Shown: piece by piece, positions 39,101 through 51,100 of the stretch
Layout: each line of letters opens with the position of its first letter
Numbering within the stretch: position 1 is the stretch's first letter
Origin: Paraspadella gotoi
Taxonomy: Eukaryota > Animalia > Chaetognatha
Direction: 5' to 3'
DNA: 64,000 nt
NCBI GenBank assembly: GCA_051294375.1
Contig: CM119263.1
Location: 30,629,376-30,693,375, forward strand
Program-made: the position numbers and the translations under genes
The notes under the pieces: generated by a model
Told to the model about the DNA's origin: nothing
The model's input: the letters and a program-made list of their open reading frames with translations, nothing else
The model's database searches: none

Positions 39101-42100
39101 TATGGTGCAAAGACTCCACGACCTCCTCCAGAGATGCAGGGATGAAAATGTCGTCCTCAAGTGGACCAAAAGAGTGCTCCTCCGGAAGGAGGATTTAAAG
39201 ATCCTTGGGTTCAACATCTCAAGGAGTAAGCTCATGCCACAAAAAGAGAAGCTTGAAGCAGTTGAAGTAAAGTTGAAGAAGCTAAAGACTCAAAAGAAAC
39301 TTAGAGCGATGCTAGCCTCTCTCAACAGATGTTTCACACACCGCTTCTCTTACATCGCCCAACCACTACACGCCCTCACATCGCTTGACAAAAAGAACTT
39401 CAAACTCACCAAAAAACATACCGACATGTTGCAAACCTTGATCAACGAGATCAAATCGTCACCAGGTCTAAATTTCCTCAACGATGCCAGAATAAAACAT
39501 GGCACGTACAGAATCTACGCTGATGCAAGTACCAGCGCAATGGGAGGACTCATCACCGTCACAGCAGATGGCATTGAGTATCCACTCTCCTTCCACTCAA
39601 AATCATTCCCGGAAGAATATAGGATCAAACATCAACATTCTCGAAACCCTGGCTTTCAACATGATGGTTAGGAAGTTCAAGGGGTACACATGTGGAAGAA
39701 GGGTGACTCTGGTAACAGACTCAAAATACTTCAAAAGAATCATGGACTTACAGCACGACAGACAGCAACTCCTGCCCACAAACGTGCTCAGATGGATAAT
39801 GGAAATCCGCCAAGAGTGTCAGCCGAAAGAAATAATCCTCGTGAAGAGCGAGGACAACCCGGCCAACTTCCTCACCCGCTTTACCAAACAGGGACAGGTC
39901 ACCCCACTGGACACCCCTTTCTTCCCCCCCTTTTTGACGTGGAAGGCAACTACGAACCCGGTTTCGCCGAAAACCCAATTGACAGCCAAGAAACCCAAGA
40001 ACTCGAGATTGACACCAAAACATTCAGGGAAAAATTCATCTGGCAGAAGTTCGGCGAAAAGAAAAATTACAGAAAAACTGTATGGCAAACCCAAAACCAA
40101 GGATGCCGACACTTTCATCAGAACCGTTGCTGCCAAGGACTGGAGCTTAGGTCACCCAGAGCTTGAGTTACTCAGTGAAATGACCGACATCACCATGATG
40201 GAAGAGGAATTCGTCAATCAAACGGGCTGTAAATATGAAAGAGTATACGGGAAACCCGGATACAACAGAAAGATAAAAATATTCAGAACGATAACGGGCC
40301 AAGTCAGCCTCATCAGCAACATCAACCCACAACGGCCCCTGCACCCCCCCGCCGGAGGTCCGATCCAGACCATCAAGGTCTCCGACCTCCGCCCGCCAGA
40401 GCGCCGCGGAAGGCCCAAACAACCAAGAAACGACCAGTACCAGACGAAACAACCCCCCCAGGACCTTGTCAACATAAAACTCAAGCACAAGAACATGCGT
40501 CCACCAACCCCAACGGCAGCTATGGACATGGTAGAAACAACGTGGCCAGGAGCAGACATGGAAGCCATGGTCGATAGCGCACTGGAGGCAGACGTCGACG
40601 CTTCAGAGTCGGAAATCGCCCAGGAAGTGAGGCAGCCTAGTGCCAAACAAGAAAAATTACTCCCTATGGCAGCCACGGTAAAGGATTGGCAACAAGAAGA
40701 AGAATTGTTCAGAACCGTCATAAGCGCCTTACTAGAACATGACCGTGAAGCCGCAGAGGTGCTCCTAAACAAAAAGATGGAAAAGCGAAAGACGCTAACA
40801 GAAAGATACCTCGCCAACAGTCTCACTGACCTCGACGTGACAGAAGATGGCATCCTCGTGATCAAAGGATACAAAAATAACAATCAGACAACCAAATACG
40901 TCGTGCCCCCAAATAAGGCCGAGGAAGTCGCGACAAAACTGCACGAGCATTTCGGCCATCCTGGTTGAGACAGGACAGCTTTCATAACGGCACAATATGT
41001 TTCAGCACCAGGGTTATCAACCGCAGCCGCCAAATGCGTCAGAAATTGCAATAACTGCGCAAAATCAACAGATACCCAGAGACACAATGAAACACCGTCT
41101 GCACCAAACCTGGCCCTCACACCATGGGAATCACTCAGCATCGACGTAATGCACCTCCCCCCTGTATCCGGATACAATTACATCCTCGTAGCATCAGACA
41201 ATGCTTCGGCTTATACCTGGGCCATTCCCCTACGCCGAGCCAATGCAGAGAGCCTTGTCCAAGCCCTTGACCAGAATATATTCCTCCGACACGGGTCATA
41301 CATGGAAGTAAATTTCAACGGAGCAACACAACTAAACGGAAAGACAATGAAGTCCATTCTCGACGCGTCTTAGTAGGAAGGACAGTAACAGGGCCAAAAG
41401 GGACATCGGCAGAATCCGGCAAGCATTGAGAAAGGCAGTGGAAGATCAGCCAAAGAGATGGCTGGAACAGCTCCCACACTTAATGCTGCTACTAAACGCC
41501 ACACCAATAATCGGTTGGAAAAGCAAAATGTCTCCTCACGAAATTCAATTTGGACACAGGCCAAGAATCGTTGAGGCGGCGGACGATTACACAAAAAGAA
41601 ACTTAATAGACTTCATCCGAAAAAGGGCTGACCGACAAGAACAGGCAAGATCCAAACTTGCAGATCAACGCACAAAGCTCTATAAGCAGTCATCTCGTAA
41701 CAACCCATACAGGAAACCCGAAAATATCAAAGTGGGTGACCTAGTCCTGGCCAGACGAGACCTCATCATGACAGGAACCACGAAAGCTGAGAACAAGGTC
41801 AAACGTATCAATTCAATCAAGTCATTGAAAGGGACGCCAACCATTTCGTCCTCTCTATCAGCTGCGATCGAAAGATCGCGACGACGATAATAACGAAGAA
41901 ACCGCCGAGAAGCCAAACCGAATCAGCGAAGCCTCCTCCTCCTCCTCATCGGAGTCGAAGAGACGAATATAAAAAGAACGAAAATAGAGGCAAAGAAATC
42001 ACGTTTCGACGCAGAATCCTGAGCCAAACCACGCGCAAAAGGAGAATTAAATAAAAACCAAAACAGTCTTTTTTAAGGCTAAATCTAAAAAGATCCTAAG

Positions 42101-45100
42101 TAAAAAAGAAATAAACCAAAAAGTTTTTTTTAAAAACTCGGCCAAAAAGTCTTTTTAAAGACGGGCGATAAACAGAGACAAAGTGGTGCATGTGTTTGAT
42201 TGCAACAAGACTCGCCACATCGCTACTGGACCCCCATCACTGTGACACACTCAAGCCAAAAAGTTGTACGGGGTGAACTGGTCTTCATCCCGGACAAAGA
42301 AGAACACAACGGAAAAGGCTGTGATCTAACCATCTCAGTAAAGGGAGCTGTCTGCGGATGGTGGTCTATCCAATATCCCAAAATCAGATCGGTAGACCAT
42401 TTTTCCCTCACCAGAGCCCAATGTCTGATTCTGCACAACGGAAGGAAGCTAACTCTGGATAATCTGCCCATAAAAACATCAGACAGAACAGGGCTAATGG
42501 AACCACTCACACTATCCGGCGGAAAACTTGGACTCAATCAAGCTACTTTCGAGATCGGACGGAAAAACTCCATGCAAAGAAAGTCCCGCGGTGAAGAGAA
42601 GCCTCGAAACATACTGGAAGGCCTGTCTTAGTAACTTTGTACGGCCAAACATGTCCAACAACCATGAGAGATGCGCTCCAATATGCGATGCCAACCAGAA
42701 GGTCCTCTTCACACTACAGCTTACAGGAGAAAGTATGCAGGTCCCGGGTTGTGGAATCAAAGTGGAAGGAAAAAGCTCCTCGAACTTTTATTTCACAAAC
42801 CAAATTACGAAGGAACAAGCCCAGAAAAACCAGGCAAGCCTGGAGGCCCTGACCAAATCATTGCGCAAGGAGATCTGTGCCCTAAAAGTCACCGAGGCAA
42901 GAAAAATAGCACAAATCGCCCACAAAAACCCAACGTCGACAGCCTTTATCAAAAGAGGGCTAGTCGCCGTAATCCGTGGAGAGCTGCTGCTTACGGCACA
43001 ATGTGATCAAACCCTGGCACACGTGAGGAAGACTAAAGAGTGCTACCACGACCTACCAATAGACTTCCGCGGCCAACAGACTTTTCGACACGCCATCTTC
43101 CACCACGTCAACCCAAACAAGCTGCTCGCCGCCACCAGTCTATTACCAGAACAATAAGTACAGAACGACGGACAACAGCGTGCAGCAAAATTACAAAGAA
43201 ATCACAGCAAACATCCCCGATGCACAGGAACGCATCTCCGTCGAAGAGGACCCCTACGTCCAGATCGGAGCCTTTCTCAAACACCATGACAATTACATAA
43301 CGGACCAACAGAACTTCAATAAACATGTTGGAGAAATCGCTTCGAGCACGCCTTACTCAACCGCCAAAAAAATATTTGGCGACATACCAAGGTGGACATG
43401 GCTGGCAGACATGACGAACGTTATCCCCTTCGCTGTCGCCGCCATTATCATCATCATAAGAATAGTGATCGCATACTGCTGCCCCCTACGAATGCCCGGA
43501 CTGACGCAGAGGCAGACACCCACACCGACGATCACCTGGGAGCAGGCACAAAGTAGGATATTCGTACCTATCCCAGTCCCCACTCGTGCTTCAGACTGAC
43601 CACATACGCCGTCGTCAGAGGAGGGGGCGACGCATTGCAGATGGAATCAGAACCAAAAATAGGAATCGGATCAGCGACTCGGATAAAATTTACCAAGGAC
43701 TCTGTGATTGGCTGAATCATCATCAAAACGGACCAATGAGAAGACAGGCTTCATGCCATCGGGAAATGAGCCCATGTCGATGATCCGATTGTATTGTATA
43801 AATACCAGACCATTTTGTATTGAATGCATTCTGCCTGAAATTCTGACACCGTCTTTGCCTGTGACTTTTCTGAGAATAAAATCCATTTTGGTTTCATGTT
43901 GAAATCTCTGTCTACTTACTTAAATGATCGCATCACTAATTAGTTATCATATCAATAATCAATTACTATTATATCAATCAATTACTATTACATCACTCAA
44001 ACAATTACTATTATATCAATCAATAAATTAATATTATATCAATCAATCAATTACTATTACATAAATCAATTACTATTACATTAATAATTTGTTATTGCAT
44101 CAATCATTTGTTTGTTTTTTTTTAATTTTTTCATTAATTCTTTTGATAGTAACGTCTGGCAAGATCACTAGACTTTTAAGATTTGTTGTCTCATGGTTAT
44201 TGGTCTTGTGACTTACGTATTTGACATTTGAATTTTTAACACTAATTTTAATTTTAATCCAAAAAATTGTAAAATATAATTTTTATTATTTCATTTTGTT
44301 TTATCTTTACTGAATAATTTTTTGTTTTTATCATAGTTTTCGATAATTTTTCCAATTTTATCATTCATTTGTATTGTGGATTTTATCATTTGGATGACAA
44401 TTAAAATTTGGTCAGATCAGCTTCTTCTGTCGGGCACCAAAGCATTGAAGATAAAATTTACAAAATACATTTTAAAAACTATTGAAAAAATCGTTTCAAC
44501 CTTTCTCTTTGGGTACAAGATAATTATTCCAATGGAAATTTGTTATAAAAAACTTCCATGGAATTGTCATCATTGGATCATTATTATTTTCATGTGTCTC
44601 TTAAATTTAACTACTATGTATTATTCTCTCAGGGCTTATATTTTTATCAGAAAATCTCGAAACTACTGCGCTTATTACCAAAAAGCTCTTGATTCAAGAG
44701 TTTGTTTAAAATTAAAGCAAGCAGTTGATGCTAAATGTTTAGAAGAACAGTGCCGGCTCTTGTATAATAAAACAAACAATTCTATCTTTTTGTCAAAATC
44801 TTGTTCAAATATTTCAGCTCTCACATGTAGGATCTTCTCTTTTGCTTTAAATAGCATAACAGTATTATATAATAGAACAATGAATATTAAATATTGAATA
44901 TTGAAGGACCTCCATTATAGCATTTAAAAAGAACGAATTAAAAGATATCAAATTGAGTTCTTAATTAGATTACTGTTATATAGTCCGAAGAATTTGGTGG
45001 TGATGACCATTTTTTGATAATTTCATATTTCATGTCAGAAAGGAGCATATTTTAAACATATAAAAGGGTAAAAGGGTATGTCAAAAACAAATTGTTTAAT

Positions 45101-48100
45101 TTTTTTAGAAGTCATATTTAGTATAAAAAGTAGTAGAAGGAAAAAAGAAATTTTTTTGAGAGAACTAGAAGTTATAAAAAGTGTTCAATTTTGGCCCGCC
45201 TTACTAGATATATTGCATGTGATTAAACAATGTTATCGGAATAATAATTTTATCAATTTTAAGTATTTTGTAAGTATTTTAAGTATTTTTATTCAGTGAG
45301 TAAAATAACAACTTTTTTATTCGCTAATTTTTATCTCGGACTCTCTCTTTCTCTCTCTCTCTTTGCAATTGCGACGATCCTTATGCTCATTTTTCTGCTC
45401 TTTCTCTCTCTCTCTCTCTCTCTCTTTTTCTGCAATTGCGACGATCCTTATGCTTTTAGGATTTTTTTAACTTGCATCATTTTTCTGCTTGCATCATTTT
45501 TTCAACTTGCATTTTTTTTAAATTGCATCATTTTTTCACATTAATTAATTAATTAATTAATTAAAACATTTATTAGTAATCATAAATTAGTAATCATAAA
45601 TAATAAAGATTCAAATAAATGTGACTTATGTTTTTTCCATTTAAACTCATTTCCACTGGCAAAATTCCGTCAAAACTTTATATCTAGCTTCTGCACACAC
45701 TTTCCTACCCGCTCACAAAATTTCATCTCAATCTATTATGGGTTAAAATAAGTAAAAAGAGTCAAGTAAATGTGACTTATATTTTTTTCATTTAAACTCA
45801 TTTCCACTCAGCCAATCACGAGTTATTAGGGCTTTTTGCTAAGGTGGGACGGATTGATTGATTAATTAATTAGTGATTAATTAATTGATTAATTAACTGA
45901 TCAATTATTTGATTTATTAATACATCCTGCATATACATTTAATATAAAAGGGAAAAAAATCATAATCAATTAGTGAAACAGGTTTTTTGTTTTTTTCCAT
46001 TTAAACTCATTTCCACTCAAACGATTCCATCGAAACTTGGTTTCCTGTTCAATCACACACTTTCCTACTCACATACAAAATTCCAGGTCAATCGCCCCAT
46101 CCACTCATGAGCAATTGGTGTTCAAATAGTGAATTATATTTTTTTGTTTTTTCCATTTAAACTCATTTCCACTCGGATGATTCCATCGAAACTTTATATC
46201 CAGCTCAATCACACACTTCCCTACCCACACACAAAATTTCATTTAAATCCATCCATCCAATCACGAGTAATTGGTGTTTTTTGCTAAGGTGGGACGGACG
46301 GACGGACGGAGGGAGGGACGGACATCATTTTTTTTGCATAATTTATCATAATTCGATGTTCTGACATGATATAAGTTAGTGCCCGACAATATTGAGGGGG
46401 CGGACCGACGGACCGACAAAGTGAATTATAGAGTCGGAATCTGCTGATAAGCAGATCCGACTAAAAAAAAAAGAATTCAGCAGAGAAAATAAAGGGACAA
46501 AAACTGAGGCGAGTATCGCGACATTGAAATTTTAACCACTCCTTGGACTCCACTTCCACAAACGATGGCACCGCTAACTACAGACGACGCTGACGCCGCC
46601 GTCACCGTGGATTAATCATAAGAGAATCATCGCGACCGTAAATATGCGGCGACAACGACGTCTCTCTCTTTCTTTCTGTCTCTCTTTCTTTCTTATTTTA
46701 TCTCTTTCTTTCTTTCTTCTCTTTGTCTTTTTTATTCCTTTTAGTTTTACTCTTTATTTTTTTCTGAATTATTTATAAATAAATTCTTTAGTTTATGGTC
46801 AAAATAATTCGGTAACTCGAGATTTTTTTTTTTGATTTTGGTTGCTTAGCAGATTTAGTAAGTAATTTAATAATTATTCCTAAGTTGCCTCACTAACAAA
46901 ATTAAAAACGTCATATACTTTCATGTATCTCCAAAAGCATTTTTGAAGATCCAAAATAATGTGTTTTTTAGATTCTGAGGTATCATTCGAAGAAAAGTTG
47001 CTAAATTTAAACTCAGCAAAGGCATATAGTTACATGTTATCAACCCAAATGCTCTTGAAATTTTGTCAAGAATATTCAACTTGGTATTCTTGGAGAAATT
47101 TAGTTCATAGTAATTTTGTTAATATACTTATTTATTTTATGGATTTTAGTCTTTTTTTTGGAAACCAATTTTGCTATACATTTCAAACAGATAATTTTAG
47201 TTTATTTCCATTATTAGTGAGTTTATTATTTAGTTTTTTTGCTACTGCTGTTATAAATGCAAAATATTCAAGTTACTCAATGGCTTGTTTTTATTATTAT
47301 AAGGAATATAATATCACAGTTAAAACAGTAAAGAATCTGTTACCAAATTCAGAAAATCTTTTAAAAAAACAATGCTTATCATACCTTCGACTTAATTATT
47401 TGGTTTACAATCGTATTTCATTATTGCTTTCTGATGATTTGATTGATCTCCCACAACACTTAAAGCTCTCTGGAAAAATAAAGAAAAAAATACTAAGGAA
47501 GAAAAGTATTTTTTCATATTATGATTACAATTTAAAGCAATCTGTTACAGCCTCTGGAATGTATGTATTCTATCCTCCAGGTCAGTAAACATAATTTATT
47601 TCAAGGAACAACCCGGTAATGATGATGAAGTTTATAAGAATTTTGATCAACCCCAATAATTTTTCCCTTTATAATTTTTTTAAAACTTTGACTCAAAATT
47701 TCTTTTTTTTAAATTAAGTAAGAATTTATATGTTTAATTATTCAATAATCAAAATAAAGCATTTTTTCGGCTCTATGTATGTAGTCGGGCATTGCATAAG
47801 TTCTCCCCGCCTATAAGCATGATACCTTAACTCGTGACCCGGTGGCTTCCCTACTGCGTCGAAATGCCTGTCGGCGATGGCGGCCAGTTCCGCCGCTGTC
47901 AATGATTCGGCGCGTTCGATAACGTTCGCATTGACCGCTGGAGGGAGGCTTCTAATGACGAGCTACTTCCTGATGTCGTCAATGTTGACCGTCGACGATT
48001 TCACTACCAAGCGGGCGAGGGGTTGCGACGGTCGCATGTCGTCACTGGAATTCTTGGCCTTAGGTAGGGGTAGCCGCACTCAATGGGGTGAGTCAAAAAT

Positions 48101-51100
48101 TTAGAGTGAGTACATGCTCAAACGAATATTTAGACATTTTTAAGAATACTTTCAATGGACAAAAAATTTCTAATATGGCTCTATACCCTAGTAATTAATT
48201 TTTTAATATTTATTTATAGATAGGAAAGGTCAAAAAATTTTTTTTGAATTTTTTAATTTTAAGATCAGATTCAGATAGCTCATAAAAAGTTGTCTACACA
48301 AAGTATGATTCTTTTTTAAATATTTTTATGATAAGCGTGTCAAAAATAAGAAAAACTATAAAAAATCATCATCATCATCATCTTTCGATGATTTTATCAG
48401 TTTTTCTATATTTTCACTTAGAAAACGTAAGAATTTTTAAAAGCTGTAATTATATTTCTTGTTTAACTTTTTATGCTCTATCAGAATCCATCAAAAAATT
48501 TTAAGATTTTAAAAAAATATTTTTTGCTCTATATAGTAATATAATATTTTTAATTAGGCGAGTACCTTCAGAAGAAAGCATTTTTGACAAAAAATATTTT
48601 AATACCATAATCTATGTTCATGATAGATTATTTTAACGCTGTATACATTAGCATTTAAATTTCATCGGCTATGGCTACCTTAGGGAGCGTCTCGGCTTGC
48701 TGGCGCTTCGTCAAACAGTATTCGGAACACAGATATTCGATTAAGGCCGACCGCCACTGCCATTGTCGAGGGCGCGTCCGCGAAGGCGTTTGTGTTGGCG
48801 GAAGGAAAAGTAAATAGTAGCATAGTAGCATGATAAAATGTTATTTTAAATATATAAAATTATAAATTAAAAGTTATTTTCAGTTTAATATAAACAGTTT
48901 GGATGTCTACCTTTTTGTCTGTGAAAAAATAAATAATAATAATCATTTTTCATTAAGTTTAACTGAAACAAAAAGCTTGACCCACTGCTTGTTTATCATA
49001 TTACAATTTTAAATAAATACAAATGCAAACATATATTTTTTAAATTTTATTTTATTTTAAGCTTTTATCATTTTTTTAATATTATATATATATATAATAA
49101 CATCTAATATTCTCAATTTGAGCAAAGCTTTACTTCTTTAAAGATTTTGAAAAAAATATTTCACTTGACCAATGGTCATTCAGAATTTTAGTTTTGCATA
49201 AAAAATAAAGATATCAAAAAACGAAAAACATCAGATTGTTCCAAAATCGAATGCCTTGAATCTGATATTTTTCAAAATGCAAAATTTTGGTTCATAGTCT
49301 AGATCTAAAATTCTGAACACAAAAATGTTTTTTTTCAAAAATTGAATTATTCTATCTTCTTCAATAATTAAAAATTAATTAAGCATATTATTCTTGTATA
49401 TTAAGCAGCCAAATTTATCATGCATATTGGCAAAAGATTGCTTTTTTGAAAAATCTTTTTGAAAATCTTTGCTATTGATGATGATGGTCTATTACAATGA
49501 ACAAGTTCAAATATAGATAAAAAGAAAAAAATATTTTGTACTATTCCCAGATAAAAAATTATTTACTAATGGGTCTGAAATATTGCTCTTTTTCTGTAGA
49601 TAATGAATATCTATTGTTAAAGCTCATTATGTACATTCGTAAGGTAACCAAGGCTCTTAACATAACGTTACTACAATTTTTTGTAAGCATTTTTCTGGAC
49701 TTTTTGTCAGATTTCTTCTTTTCCTGACCCTATTGCCCTTCTTGTGGGTGGTTGACACTCATGGAGACAGTACCTTAGGTCTCCGAGTACCAAACAACAA
49801 CTATAGCTAAAAGATTATGAATCAAATATGGCGACAGGTGTAGTAAAAATGATCATAAGTAGGGTGGGAAGCAAATTAAGCATGATCCGTCTCTGCGTCG
49901 TAACAAAATAAATTTTTGTTTTCACTAAACCACTAATCAATAATCCATTATGATTTATAGTCAAAAATTATTACCCGCCTTTATTTGTTAGGATTTACTG
50001 TATGGTCTTCAGACTCGCAGTTTTCTGTACTCCATATTATAAGAGGTGTTTGTGTATCTATAGATAAGATTGGAGTTATGACAAAATATACTGCAGAAGA
50101 TGTAGTTGGAATGAGTAGTTATTGGTTTAAAAAACAACCATCAACTCTCATTTGTAAAACTTATGTTTTTGGTTTTTTTATTGGGAAAGAGGTATATCTC
50201 AAGAGTTTTCTAGAATCATTTTTTTCAGATACAATTCAGGTTTACATGAGAATTGCCCCAGTTATTGAATTTGAGTCAAACACATTAAAAAGCATCAGCA
50301 CAGAACAAAAATATGTAGAGAACAAATTAATTTCAGAATTCTCTCAAACTTATACCTTAAATATAAAAGAAAGAAAAAATCGGTTTACTAAACATTTAAT
50401 TCTTCAGAATTGTATCCAGAATTTGCAAATACAATTATTTATTCACTGTTTTTTAATGGGAATGTTATATATAGTATCTGTAGTATTATCTATTATTCAA
50501 ATACAGTTTTTAGATTATCCAAGATATTTATGGCTTATACACTCCGTTTTAGATAGCTTAATAATTATGGATGGGTATTTCATATTTCAGCAAAACCTTA
50601 AATATTCCCTCTCATCAATAAAATTTTCATTTATTTATTACACTTTTTTGGTCTTTCCTTTAGATATTTTCTTTGTGAATAGTTCGTCAAAATTTTTCAT
50701 CTTATTACGATCATATCGGATAATTAGATTACTTGAACCATTTAGAAGAATTTCTGCTTTCAAAAAGTTATGTCCTGAATACTTGAATCTTATCTTTGGT
50801 TGGGAAGTTATTTTAAGAACAATATTACACATATTGGTTTTATCGTTTTTTATAGATATTTATTGGTGTCGTTTGGATAATTCAATATCATGTAAAAATA
50901 ATATCATAGCGAGTTATTTTCTTATACCTAATGGAATAAAAAATATTAAAAAGATATTAGAAAATTCATTTAAAACTACAGATTTGAATGAAAAATATTT
51001 TCCTATATTTCAGGAAAATGACAATAATTATTATTTGCTTGGTTCTTTACAAGAATACATAAAACTGATAAATCAAAGTATTGTTTCTTATAGTTTGCCC

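Larger units (their letters stand above)
34815..43926 (+). mobile_element. Full-length decayed Ty3/Gypsy LTR retrotransposon with env (gag-PR-RT-RH-IN-env)
   Basis: 294-bp LTRs at 34815-35108 and 43633-43926 (about 9 differences), ATCG TSD, PBS TGGTGACAG… at 35109, PPT GAGGAGGGGG before the 3' LTR, domain order PR-RT-RH-IN. Inserted in an intron of the channel gene. Confidence 0.95.
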
